Below, piece by piece: positions 46,657-57,300 of a DNA stretch of 60,100 nucleotides; within the stretch, counting starts at the first letter, position 1; every line of letters starts with the position of its first letter. A program made the position numbers and the translations under genes. The stretch covers positions 1 to 60,100 of the forward strand of contig NZ_JBEBVH010000001.1 of NCBI RefSeq assembly GCF_040392825.1. Direction: 5' to 3'. The stretch comes from Pseudopedobacter sp. Its GTDB lineage: Bacteria; Bacteroidota; Bacteroidia; Sphingobacteriales; Sphingobacteriaceae. The notes under the pieces were generated by a model. It was not told the origin of the DNA and searched no databases. It was given only the letters and a program-made list of their open reading frames with translations.

Positions 46657-47480
46657 TGGTGGAGCAGGATATTATTAATGATGAAGATTTGGATATGTTG
46701 CTGGAAGATGTATCATCGTTATATGGATATGATTTCTCACAATATAGCAGAGCTTCGTTAAAAAGAAGATTAAATAGAATATGTGTAATAGACAAGTTTA
46801 CAAGTTTCGCCGAACTTAGGTATACTGTTATTAAGAAACCGGATTATTTACAGCGTTTTATAGAAGAAATAACTGTAAATGTAACTGAAATGTTTAGAGA
46901 CCCCTCTTTTTACAAAACGCTCAGAGAAAGTGTTTTGCCTCAGTTGGGTACCTATCCATTTATTAGAATTTGGGTAGCAGGTTGCTCCACCGGAGAAGAA
47001 GCTTATTCAATAGCAATTCTTTTAAAAGAGGCAAACCTCCATAACAGATATCTTATATATGCAACGGATATTAACCCTACAGTGTTGGAAAAGGCGAAAA
47101 AAGGGATGTTTCCCATAGGATATATGCGCCAGTATTCAGAAAATTATAATAATTCAGGAGGTAAGAAAGATTTTTCGCAATATTATACTGCCAATTATGA
47201 CGTAGCAAAGTTTGATTCGGATTTAAAATCTAAAATCATTTTTTCTACTCATAATTTGGTTTCTGACAGATCTTTTAATGAGTTTCAACTGATTGTATGT
47301 AGAAATGTGTTGATCTATTTCGATAAAGAGTTACAGAGTAAAGTGCTTACTCTTTTTGATGAAAGTTTAGAGTCATTAGGCTTTCTGGCCTTGGGATCTA
47401 AAGAAACTTTACGTTTTTCGGATCTGGAAAAAGGCTATAAGCAAGTGGTGAATGATAAAATTTGGAGGAAAATAAAATAA
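46656..47480 (+). CDS. cheR: CheR-type protein-glutamate O-methyltransferase
   Basis: YGYDF, VTEMFRD, IWVAGCSTGEEAYS, CRNVLIYF. Confidence 0.94.
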   Translation: MVEQDIINDEDLDMLLEDVSSLYGYDFSQYSRASLKRRLNRICVIDKFTSFAELRYTVIKKPDYLQRFIEEITVNVTEMFRDPSFYKTLRESVLPQLGTYPFIRIWVAGCSTGEEAYSIAILLKEANLHNRYLIYATDINPTVLEKAKKGMFPIGYMRQYSENYNNSGGKKDFSQYYTANYDVAKFDSDLKSKIIFSTHNLVSDRSFNEFQLIVCRNVLIYFDKELQSKVLTLFDESLESLGFLALGSKETLRFSDLEKGYKQVVNDKIWRKIK

Positions 47481-48049
47481 TGAAAGAAACTGTGGGCATT
47501 TTTTTGATTGGGGGTTCTGCGGGGAGTATTAAGGTAATACTACAAGTATTGCCAGAGCTTGTCAAACCTAAATTTCCAATTTTAAGTGTGCTTCATAGGG
47601 CTCCTTCGGCTCAATCTGTCCTGCAGGATCTGTTCTCCAGTTATACGGATGTACCTGTTTTTGAGATAGAGGATAAGACAATTTTGGAGTCGGGAAATAT
47701 TTATGTAGCACCTGCAGATTATCATCTGTTAATAGAACAAGATAGATCCACGACATTAGATTATTCTGAAAAATTAAATTATTCAAGGCCATCTATAGAC
47801 GTAACATTTGTGTCGGCAGCTCAGGTTTATAAGGAGAAAACATTTGGGTTACTGCTTTCCGGAGCTAACGAAGATGGAGTTAAAGGTCTTAATTACATTA
47901 AATCCCAGAAAGGTACTGTATTGGCACAGGATCCTGGAACTTGTGAGGTAGAATATATGCCCAAACAGGCAATACTTAAGGTGGCTGTTGATCTTGTGGT
48001 TAAGCCAGAAGAAATAGCCATGTTTATTAATAAATTAAGCGGTTTGTAA
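47480..48049 (+). CDS. cheB: CheB-type methylesterase, no receiver domain
   Basis: GGSAG, VLHR, APADYHL, RPSID, LSGANEDG, QDP. The ATG overlaps the cheR stop (TAATG). Confidence 0.92.
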   Translation: MKETVGIFLIGGSAGSIKVILQVLPELVKPKFPILSVLHRAPSAQSVLQDLFSSYTDVPVFEIEDKTILESGNIYVAPADYHLLIEQDRSTTLDYSEKLNYSRPSIDVTFVSAAQVYKEKTFGLLLSGANEDGVKGLNYIKSQKGTVLAQDPGTCEVEYMPKQAILKVAVDLVVKPEEIAMFINKLSGL

Positions 48050-48120
48050 ATATTTTAAGTTGTTATCTTTACAAACCGTCTATTGAATAAATATAAACCA
48101 GGTGAAACTTTTTGAATATT

Positions 48121-48498
48121 ATGAACAGGAAGAAGATTTTAATTTTCGATGATGATGTCAACATTTTAGAGCTTTGCTCCATTGTTTTGGTGGACTATGG
48201 GTATGACGTGGAAGTTTCCGAAACATCTCACGACATAATTGAAAAAGTTGCACAGGTAAATCCGGATGTGATTTTGATGGATAATTGGATACCCGATATT
48301 GGAGGTATAAAAGCTACTCAGTTGTTAAAAAGCAGTTCTGAGTTTGGCCACATTCCGGTAATATATTTTTCTGCAAATAATGATATTCATTTACTTGCAG
48401 AAACTGCAGGAGCTGATGCTTATTTATCCAAACCTTTTGATTTAACGGAATTGGAATCCATTGTGTCCGAAGCGGCAAATAAAATGAAAAATGGATAG
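48121..48498 (+). CDS. Single-domain response regulator
   Basis: FDDD, LMDNWIP, FSA, SKPF. Confidence 0.9.
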   Translation: MNRKKILIFDDDVNILELCSIVLVDYGYDVEVSETSHDIIEKVAQVNPDVILMDNWIPDIGGIKATQLLKSSSEFGHIPVIYFSANNDIHLLAETAGADAYLSKPFDLTELESIVSEAANKMKNG

Positions 48499-48560
48499 CA
48501 GCCCATCGTGTGGTCGCTCTAAAGAGAGTATATGAATCTAACGAGTATATACTCTCTTTT

Positions 48561-50339
48561 TTATATCTCATGATGCTCCTCGTCCTGATACAGTTCCTCT
48601 ATGAGGCCTTGATTATTGCTAAGAATAACTTTTCTTTTCAGGCTAAGCTTAGGTGTCAATTCGCCCCCGTCGATAGTGAACTCATGTGTTAACAGAGCTA
48701 TTTTTTTTACTTTTTCCCATTTTCCAAAATCTGCGTTAAGTCTGTCTACCTCAGACCAGATCATGTCTATAACTTTTTGGTTTTTAGCTAGTTGTTCGTG
48801 GTCGGTCTCATTGATCTGATTTCTTCTGGCCCACTCAATCACTTTTTCATAATTTGGAACAATTAACGCAGACGGAAAGCGTCTGTTTTCTCCGATAACC
48901 ATTACCTGTTCTATATATATAGACTCCTTAAATTTGGTTTCGAGCACCTGGGGCGATACATATTTTCCACCCGCGGTTTTAAATACTTCTTTTTTACGAT
49001 CTGTAATAGCTAAAAATCCGTCAGTTAGTTTTCCTATATCACCTGTATGAAACCAGCCACCATCAGTAATGGCTTCCTGTGTAGCATCATCTCGTTTGTA
49101 GTAACCTTTCATTAAACTTGGCCCTTTACAAAGAATTTCCCCGTCTTCAGCTATTTTCACTTCTACATTGAACAGTGGCTTTCCAACTGTACCAAATCTG
49201 GTTTGGCCTTTTCGTGGTCCATTAACAGCAATAACCGGAGAGGTTTCTGTTAAACCGTAACCTTCCAATACTTTTATACCCGCCCCCCAGAAAACTCTTG
49301 CAAGTCTTTCTTGTAGTGATGCGCCACCGGAAACAATTAACATAATTTCGCCTCCTAGGGCCTCTTTCCATTTTTTGAAGATCAGCTTTCTGGCTATTTT
49401 TAATTGTAGCTCATACCAACTTCCATTAGCGCCATCCAGTTCATACTTAAGTCCTAAGTTTAAAGCCCAGAAAAATAAGCTTTTCTTAATGCCGGTTAAC
49501 TCGTGTCCTTTGGCAACTATTTTATCATAAACTTTTTCTAATAGTCTCGGAACTGCAGTAAAGCAATGGGGTTTAACCTCCGAAAGATTTTGTACAATGG
49601 TATCCAAGCTTTCTGCATAGTAGACCGATATTCCTAAATAGAAATACATATATACAACCATCCGTTCGAAAATGTGAGATAGAGGTAAAAAACTCAATGC
49701 TCGTGTCACACCTTCAGGATAAAGCCTGGCTGACCCCTCTATATTACTAAGCAGATTTTTGTGTGTAAGCATTACACCCTTAGGAGTTCCAGTTGTTCCT
49801 GAGGTATAAATCAGCGTTAGCAAATCATCTTCCGTAATCTGTTTGCGGTATTCTTCCAAATCTATTTCAGTTTGGTCTTCATGCCCTTCAGTAATTTCTA
49901 GCCAGTGAGAAGCACCAGTTACAACGTCAAAAGTGAATATTCCGATATCTTGTCCGTTTAGATCGGCTATATGTTTAACCTTATTATACAAGGCTTCCGA
50001 AGAAACAAAAACAATTTTTACTTCAGCATCTTTAAGAATGAATTTAATGTCGTTTTCTGCAAGTGTAGGATACATGGGAACTTGTGTAGCTCCAATTTGC
50101 ATAATGCCGAAATCACAGAAATTCCATTCAGGACGATTCTCGGCCATTATAGCTACTTTATCATCTTTTTTTATTCCCCTTTTTATAAGTCCCTTACTTA
50201 CCTGATTTGCAATTCTGATAAAATCTTCACAAGAATATTTTACCCATTTAGCATCTGTTTTATATGCTAAAACATCATTATAATTGAAATTTGCTTTATT
50301 GTGCTTAAGCAGATCGAATACTCTTGAAATCCCTTGCAT
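48561..50339 (-). CDS. fadD: Long-chain fatty acid--CoA ligase
   Basis: YTSGTTGTPKG, FLPLSHIFER, EGYGLTETSP, FHTGD, ELTPKLSLKR. Confidence 0.93.
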   Translation of the reverse strand: MQGISRVFDLLKHNKANFNYNDVLAYKTDAKWVKYSCEDFIRIANQVSKGLIKRGIKKDDKVAIMAENRPEWNFCDFGIMQIGATQVPMYPTLAENDIKFILKDAEVKIVFVSSEALYNKVKHIADLNGQDIGIFTFDVVTGASHWLEITEGHEDQTEIDLEEYRKQITEDDLLTLIYTSGTTGTPKGVMLTHKNLLSNIEGSARLYPEGVTRALSFLPLSHIFERMVVYMYFYLGISVYYAESLDTIVQNLSEVKPHCFTAVPRLLEKVYDKIVAKGHELTGIKKSLFFWALNLGLKYELDGANGSWYELQLKIARKLIFKKWKEALGGEIMLIVSGGASLQERLARVFWGAGIKVLEGYGLTETSPVIAVNGPRKGQTRFGTVGKPLFNVEVKIAEDGEILCKGPSLMKGYYKRDDATQEAITDGGWFHTGDIGKLTDGFLAITDRKKEVFKTAGGKYVSPQVLETKFKESIYIEQVMVIGENRRFPSALIVPNYEKVIEWARRNQINETDHEQLAKNQKVIDMIWSEVDRLNADFGKWEKVKKIALLTHEFTIDGGELTPKLSLKRKVILSNNQGLIEELYQDEEHHEI

Positions 50340-50547
50340 AAAATGTAGTTAATCGGTTACTTTAAGTTACTGATTTTTAGCTGCCAGTCCAAAAAATACT
50401 GCGAATATATTTTTAATCAAAAAGCAGTGTTTTTAAATGCTAAACACTATTAATTTAACGTTTTATTCAGATATAAGTTTTTTTTATTTCTATACTTGTG
50501 CAAATTTTGGGCAGCTTAAGTTGCATTATATTTCAAACGTTATTTAG

Positions 50548-51036
50548 ATGAAACAGAGATTTTTTTTAACAGTTCTATTGTCAACTTTATTTTGGACTAA
50601 TGTTAAAGCGCAGGATTATACTGCTGGAGTAGGGCTCAGGTTTGGCGGCTATGAAAACGGGATTACGGGTAAATATTTTATAAACGAGTCTACTGCTTAC
50701 GAAGGCATTTTGGGCTTCAGAACGGGAGTTGTTGTACTTACCGGATTATATGAAAAACATGCACCGGCTTTTGATCTCCCGGATTTGAAATGGTATTTTG
50801 GTGTTGGAGCACACATAGGTGGTATTAATGGAGAGAGATATAGAAGGTATACTGGAAATGACGACAAAGTTTATGGCAGTGGTTTATTGTTGGGGGCAGA
50901 TGCAGTAATTGGTTTAGAATGGTTAATTCCTAATGCGCCTCTATCATTAGGAGCAGATTTGCATCCGAGAATAGAGTTAGCTAAAGGGCCGTTTTTAGAT
51001 CTGGAACCTGCTATTTCTATTCGCTATATATTTTAA
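50548..51036 (+). CDS. Small outer-membrane beta-barrel hypothetical protein
   Basis: Signal peptide (KA-Q), alternating beta-strand pattern, C-terminal IRYIF. Confidence 0.72.
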   Translation: MKQRFFLTVLLSTLFWTNVKAQDYTAGVGLRFGGYENGITGKYFINESTAYEGILGFRTGVVVLTGLYEKHAPAFDLPDLKWYFGVGAHIGGINGERYRRYTGNDDKVYGSGLLLGADAVIGLEWLIPNAPLSLGADLHPRIELAKGPFLDLEPAISIRYIF

Positions 51037-51074
51037 TAAAACGAGGTAAAAAGTAAAAAAATAAACAGTGCTGG

Positions 51075-51114
51075 AAAAATCCTCGCCAGAAGTGTTTCTG
51101 GTGAGGATTTTTTT
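51075..51114. terminator. Bidirectional intrinsic terminator
   Basis: AAAAATCCTCGCCAGAA / TTCTGGTGAGGATTTTTTT. Confidence 0.85.
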
Positions 51115-51198
51115 GAAATTAGCGCCGGGTTTTCTTACAGATGGCCCCGCTTGGACAATAAGCTATTTCCTGTCATTAGGAGATTAATCCTTAACCTG

Positions 51199-51240
51199 CC
51201 CTCATCCGCCTGTTGGGCACCTTCTCCCCCAGAGAAGGGA
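51199..51240. repeat. REP-like GC-rich palindromic element
   Basis: CCCTCATCCGCCTGTTGGGCACCTTCTCCCCCAGAGAAGGGA, containing a GCCT/GGGC stem and a CCTTCTC/GAGAAGG stem. Confidence 0.55.
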
Positions 51241-51287
51241 TAATAAACAAAGGGATAAAGGCAAGGTTTTGGGTCGGTCCTTTTCTA

Positions 51288-53075
51288 TCAATTCCTCAGC
51301 CAATTATTGTAGATCTTAAGCGTAGCCTTATCTACTTTCTCCTTTTTTACAATTTGCACTTTTTCTGTCTGGTCTTCTTGTAAAGTTATTGTTAGTGTTT
51401 TAAGAATACCGTCTCTATTTACCAAGATATCAATTTTATCTCCTGGGAGTTTATTAATCAGATTAGTCTGAATATCTTCAATACGTTGTTGATCAGCGGC
51501 TATAATTTCGTCGTTTACATTTAATCCTCCGTTCCAGGCACTTCCATTTCTTAAAACTTTTGTTACTATATTGCTTTTGTTAATAACGGCTCCTAACGAA
51601 GGCCTCGCATTAGGTACACCTTTGCTGAGTTTAAGACCTAAATAGCCTAAATATTTATCGAAATCAATAGGCTTTGTACCGTAAACATAATCATCATAAA
51701 AGCTATCAAGGTTTGTTCCGGTAGCCTTTTCCAATGATTTTTTAAATTCATCACTTGTAAAACCCTGATTCTTTTCTTTAAAAAATTCCTGATAAGCAGT
51801 TTTTAGTACGTAATCCATACTTTTTTTCCCTTTTGTCTGATGAATAATTTCCAGGTCGAGAATTAGTGCCAGCAGAGATCCTTTTGTATAGTAAGAAACC
51901 TGTGAATTAGAACTGTTTTCGTTTTGTCTGTAATATTTTATCCAGGCATCAAAGCTAGCCTCTGCAACAGATTGAATTTTATCTCCTGCCAGATTGATTT
52001 GTGTTTGAATGTCTTCTGCTATCAAATCAAGATAACGATCTTCAGTAATAATTTGTGCCCGTTTTATTAATAGATTATCATAATATGCGGTAAAGCCTTC
52101 AGCTATCCATAAATCCGTAGTATAATTTTCTTTTTCATAATCAAAAGGTCCTAAAGCTTGTGGCCTTAACCGTTTTACATTCCATAAGTGGAAATATTCA
52201 TGAGCAACAAGGCCAAGAAAATTAGAATATATTAACGGATCGGTATATCCCATCCGTTTAGCACCCAGAACCGTTGAATTAAGGTGTTCTAAACCGCCAC
52301 CCCCATTTTTATAATTATGGACAATAAAGACATATTTCTTGTTAGGATTTTCTCCAAAGATAGATGTCGCCTCTTCTACGACCTTAGCCATATCTCTTTT
52401 TAGATTCACAACATCATAATTTCCACCACCTACCATGGCAACTTCATGTTTAACACCTGCAGCAGTAAATTCAAAGATATCCTGATTACCTATTTCTATT
52501 GGAGAATCGTAAAGCCAATCAAAATTTTGAGCAACGAAGGTGTTTGTATTCGTTTTATGCTCTTCTAGTCCTGTAGATATTCGTTTCCAGTTATGAGGTA
52601 GCTTAACAGAAACAGAAACAGAGTTTTTAAAAGCCTCTTGAGTATACATGAAAACACCTGTAGGGGATACAAAAGCATGATCTTCATCTACAAAGCTGGT
52701 TCTGACTGAGATTTCGAAAGCATAAATTTTATATTTTACAAGCACAGTATTTTCGCCTTCGGTTTCAATTTTCCATGCATTTTTTCTGCTTTTTTTAGCT
52801 TTCAGAACTTTCCCATTCAAAGAAGAGGCGGAAAAGTCTTCTACATTTTTTGCAAATTCTCTTATCAGATAAGAGCCAGGGGCCCACACTGGTAAAATAA
52901 CTTCCACCTCATTTTCTTTAATATGCTCTATTTTCATTTCTACTCTTATGTAATGAGTATGTGGTTCGGGAAACGACAATGTATAAGAAACAGATTGGCT
53001 ATTTTGAGCTTGCGCGGAAACGGCTGTTGTCATAAGAATTGCTATAAAAAATATGTAAACTGAATTCAAATTCAT
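51288..53075 (-). CDS. M61 family (glycyl) metallo-aminopeptidase with PDZ domain
   Basis: LPVWAPGSY, DSPIEIG, GGGLEH, HEYFH, WIAEGFTAYY, SYYTKG, C-terminal PDZ. Confidence 0.92.
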   Translation of the reverse strand: MNLNSVYIFFIAILMTTAVSAQAQNSQSVSYTLSFPEPHTHYIRVEMKIEHIKENEVEVILPVWAPGSYLIREFAKNVEDFSASSLNGKVLKAKKSRKNAWKIETEGENTVLVKYKIYAFEISVRTSFVDEDHAFVSPTGVFMYTQEAFKNSVSVSVKLPHNWKRISTGLEEHKTNTNTFVAQNFDWLYDSPIEIGNQDIFEFTAAGVKHEVAMVGGGNYDVVNLKRDMAKVVEEATSIFGENPNKKYVFIVHNYKNGGGGLEHLNSTVLGAKRMGYTDPLIYSNFLGLVAHEYFHLWNVKRLRPQALGPFDYEKENYTTDLWIAEGFTAYYDNLLIKRAQIITEDRYLDLIAEDIQTQINLAGDKIQSVAEASFDAWIKYYRQNENSSNSQVSYYTKGSLLALILDLEIIHQTKGKKSMDYVLKTAYQEFFKEKNQGFTSDEFKKSLEKATGTNLDSFYDDYVYGTKPIDFDKYLGYLGLKLSKGVPNARPSLGAVINKSNIVTKVLRNGSAWNGGLNVNDEIIAADQQRIEDIQTNLINKLPGDKIDILVNRDGILKTLTITLQEDQTEKVQIVKKEKVDKATLKIYNNWLRN

Positions 53076-53097
53076 ATAAAATAAGATTTTATAATTT

Positions 53098-53166
53098 CAA
53101 AATTAAACTTTCTATATGCTTTTATAGTCATAAGTCTTATAATTATAATAATGAATGATACTTTTG
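53098..53166. promoter_or_regulatory. Divergent -7 elements for the M61 gene and the RND operon
   Basis: Minus-strand TAATTTTG (53105-53098) and plus-strand TACTTTTG (53159-53166). Confidence 0.45.
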
Positions 53167-53236
53167 AACTGTAAAATTGGAGATAATCAATAAATTAGCA
53201 GTTCACTATTTGCACCTTTTTGTAATTAACCTAACG

Positions 53237-54307
53237 ATGATGATAAAATATATTGTTTACACTTTAGTAGCTCTAGTGCTTGCGTATTTAATTTTTAACA
53301 GAATAAGCAGCGACTCCAAAAAGAAACCAGAAAACAACAAGACAGCTCAGAGTAAAGGTGCCGGTACCGCACTTAATGGCATAATAATTAAGGCAGAAAA
53401 ATTTGATAATTCTATATCCGTTTCTGGTTCTATTGAGGCAAATGAGCAGATCAAACTAAGAAGCGAAATATCTGGTTTAGTTAGAGATATTTATTTTAAC
53501 GAGGGTTCGGTAGTTTCTAAAGGTGCAATTCTAATAAAAATAGACGATAGAGAACTTAAGGCCCAATTAGCACAAGCTTTGACCAAGGAAAAACTAGCTT
53601 TTGAAGTAGAAAGAAGATCATCGAAATTGTTTGATGCAGAGGCAATTAGTCAGGAAGAGTATGATAATTCGTTAGCAGAGTTTAAATCGTTGCAAGCTCA
53701 GACCCAACTGATAAAAGCTCAGTTGTCGAAAACAGAAATACGAGCTCCGTTTTCTGGAAAAATAGGATTAAGAAGTATCTCTGTAGGGGCATATATTACA
53801 CCTACAACAGACATCGCTAATTTGGTAAGTGTAAATCCGGTTAAGATAGATTTCTCTATTCCTGAGAAATATGCCAAACGTGTTAAGGTAGGATCTAGAC
53901 TAGATTTTACAGTCGCGGGAAATAAAAAGGAAATGAAGGCAACAGTATATGCCATAGAACCGGCGATAGATGTTAATACAAGAACGCTTCTCTTAAGAGC
54001 GAGAGCAGAAAATCCAAATGGAGATTTGCTTCCGGGAACCTTTGCCAACATAAAACTACCTTTGGAATCTATCGATAATGCTATACTGGTTCCTACAGAA
54101 GCGGTTGTGCCAGTTTTAAAAGGTAAACAGGTTTTTGTTTATAAGAATGGAAAAGCGATTGCTACAGATGTCGAAACCGATATAAGGACAGATAAAGATG
54201 TTCTGGTAACTTCAGGATTAAGTGTCGGGGACACTATACTGACATCAGGGTTAATGTCATTAAGATCAGATCAGGACGTAAAAATAAAAATAGTGCAACA
54301 GAAATAA
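53237..54307 (+). CDS. RND efflux periplasmic adaptor (membrane fusion protein)
   Basis: SEISG..F.EG..V.KG lipoyl halves, IRAPFSG, LLPG.FA, GLSVGD. ATG 53237 or 53240 preferred over TTG 53177. Confidence 0.92.
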   Translation: MMIKYIVYTLVALVLAYLIFNRISSDSKKKPENNKTAQSKGAGTALNGIIIKAEKFDNSISVSGSIEANEQIKLRSEISGLVRDIYFNEGSVVSKGAILIKIDDRELKAQLAQALTKEKLAFEVERRSSKLFDAEAISQEEYDNSLAEFKSLQAQTQLIKAQLSKTEIRAPFSGKIGLRSISVGAYITPTTDIANLVSVNPVKIDFSIPEKYAKRVKVGSRLDFTVAGNKKEMKATVYAIEPAIDVNTRTLLLRARAENPNGDLLPGTFANIKLPLESIDNAILVPTEAVVPVLKGKQVFVYKNGKAIATDVETDIRTDKDVLVTSGLSVGDTILTSGLMSLRSDQDVKIKIVQQK

Positions 54308-54314
54308 ATATATC

Positions 54315-57300
54315 ATGAGTATTTCAACAACAAGTATAAAAAGGCCTGTATTAGCCATTGTAATGAACCTCGTGATTGTTCTGTTTGGTGTAATTGGCTA
54401 TACATTTTTGGGAGTAAGGGAGTTTCCTTCAATAGACCCGCCGGTAGTTTCGGTTCGAACAGCTTATCCGGGAGCGAATGCAGATATTGTGGAGTCGCAA
54501 ATTACCGAACCACTGGAAAAGACAATCAATAGTATTGATGGAATAAAAAATATTTCTTCGTCCAGTAATCAGGGAAGTAGTGTAATTACAATTGAGTTCA
54601 ATCTGGACAAAAATCTGGAAGAAGCGGCAAATGATGTAAGAGATAAAGTTTCCCAGGCAGCAAGGTGGCTGCCGAAAGATATTGACGGGTTGCCTGTTGT
54701 GTCTAAAGCCGATGCTAACTCAGATGCTATTATCTCTATGACTATCCAAAGTAGTAAGAGAAATATTTTAGAAGTAAGTGATTTTGCAGAGAATGTAATA
54801 GCTCAACGTATACAAACAATTCCTGGAGTTTCAAGCGTCCAGATATGGGGGCAGAAAAAATTTGCAATGCGCCTTTGGTTAAATCCTGAGAAACTCGCAT
54901 CTTATGCGCTTACCCCTTTGGATGTTAGAAATGCTTTAGAAGCACAAAATGTAGATTTGCCTTCGGGAAAAATCTCTGGAGATAAAACAGAGCTGACTGT
55001 AAAAACATCTGGAAACCTGACTACTGAAGATGAATTTGAGAATTTAATTATTAAGAATGATGGAACTAACATTATACGTTTAAAAGATGTGGGTTCTGCT
55101 GTTTTAGGACCAGAAAATGAAGAAACTATATTGCGTTCATCAGGAAAACCTATGGTTGCAACAGCAATTGTACCACAGCCAGGAGCCAATTATTTGGATA
55201 TTGCGAGGGAATTTTATAAACGCTATGATGCATTAAAAACCGAGCTTCCAGAAGATTTTACACTCAATATTGCACTGGACAATACCTTATTCATAAAACG
55301 ATCTGTTATTGAAGTAGCTGAGACCATTTTGATTGCGTTGGTGTTGGTTATTGCCATTATATATCTTTTTTTCAGAGATTGGAGTATAGCTTTCAGGCCA
55401 TTAATAGATATTCCTGTTTCCTTAATAGCAACGTTCTTCATTATGTACTTAATGGGTTTTTCCATTAATGTATTAACATTGCTGGCGATAGTTTTGGCAA
55501 CGGGACTTGTGGTAGACGATGGAATTGTGGTTACAGAAAATATATATAAAAAGGTAGAAGAAGGAATGTCTCCTTTCGAAGCTGCCATAAAAGGTTCAAA
55601 TGAAATATTTTTTGCAATTATTTCAATTTCCATAACGCTGGCAGCGGTATTCTTGCCTGTAATCTTTTTAGAAGGCTTCGTAGGGCGGCTATTCAGAGAA
55701 TTTGGTGTCGTCATAGGCGCTGCGGTTCTGATATCTGCATTTGTTTCACTTACGCTTACCCCAATGTTAAATGCGTATTTGATGAAAAGCGAGCATAAAA
55801 AGTCTAAATTTTACGATAAAACAGAACCCTATTTCGAAATGATGAACAATAGCTATGGTTCGTCATTAAATAAATTTATGAACAAAAGGTGGTTGGCTTT
55901 TCCTATTGTTCTGCTTTGTTTTGTTCTGATAGGAATATTTTGGAAGATTTTGCCAAAAGAAACAGCCCCTTTAGATGACAGAAGTGGAGTGAATCTATCA
56001 GTTACCGCACCAGAAGGAGCTTCTTTTGAATATACAGACAATTTTATTCAAAAAGTTAACCATATTATTCAGGATACGGTTCCAGAGATTTTAAGTCACA
56101 TTTCTATAACCGCTCCAGGTTTTTCCGGAACAGGGGCACCAAATACAGGAATGATTCGCCTGCGGTTAGTAGATACTGATAAGAGAGAACGAACGCAGCA
56201 GGAAATTGCGCAGGAACTTACGCAAATAACAAGAAAACTGTCAGAAGCAAGGGCTTTTGTTATTCAGCAACCTACAATTTCTGTTGGTAGAGTAAGAGGG
56301 TTGCCTGTTCAATATATTGTTCAGGCAAATAGCTTTGAGCAATTGCGGGAAAAGGTGCCACAGTTTATGCAGGAAATTTCACAAGATCCTACTTTTGTAA
56401 ATACAGATGTTAATCTGAAATTTAATAAGCCGGAGCTCAGCGTTTCTATTGATAGAAATAAAGCACAAGATTTAGGAGTCTCAGTTTTAGATATAGCTCA
56501 GACATTACAGCTTTCTCTAAGTGCACAACGTTTTGCTTATTTCATTATGAATGGTAAGCAATATCAGGTAATTGGCCAGTTCGACAGAGAAAAAAGGGAC
56601 GATCCTTACGATCTGACATCAATTTTTGTAAGAAATAAAAAGGGAGAATTAATCCAGTTAGATAACTTAGTGAATATAGAAGAGCAAAGCAGTCCGCCTC
56701 AGTTATATCGGAATAACCGTTTTGCATCTGCCACATTCTCTGCATCTCTGGCTCCCGGGAAAACTATGGGAGATGGAATAGCCGCTATGGAAAGAGCTAA
56801 AGAAAAGGTGCTTGATGATTCTTTTTCTATAGATTTAGCAGGCGAATCGAGAGACTTTAGTGAAAGTAACTCAAATACTATTTTTGCCTTTGGTTTGGCA
56901 TTGCTTTTAGTTTATTTAATTCTTTCCGCTCAGTTCGAAAGCTTTATCGATCCTATTATCATTATTGTTACGGTTCCTTTAGCTGTGGCAGGAGCTTTTT
57001 TTTCATTGTGGATTTTAGGGCAAAGCTGGAATATCTTCAGCCAGATAGGGACCATTATGTTGATAGGGCTCGTCACCAAGAATGGTATTTTGATAGTAGA
57101 GTTTGCTAATCAGCTCAAAGAGCAGGGAAAACCTGTTGCCGAGGCTATTCGGGAATCGGCAGTAGCCCGTTTAAGACCAATTCTAATGACGAGTTTGGCA
57201 ATCGCTTTAGGAGCGCTTCCAATAGCAATGGCTTTGGGTGCTGCTGCAAAAAGTAGAATGAGTATGGGAACAGTTATCATTGGAGGAACTATGTTTTCGT

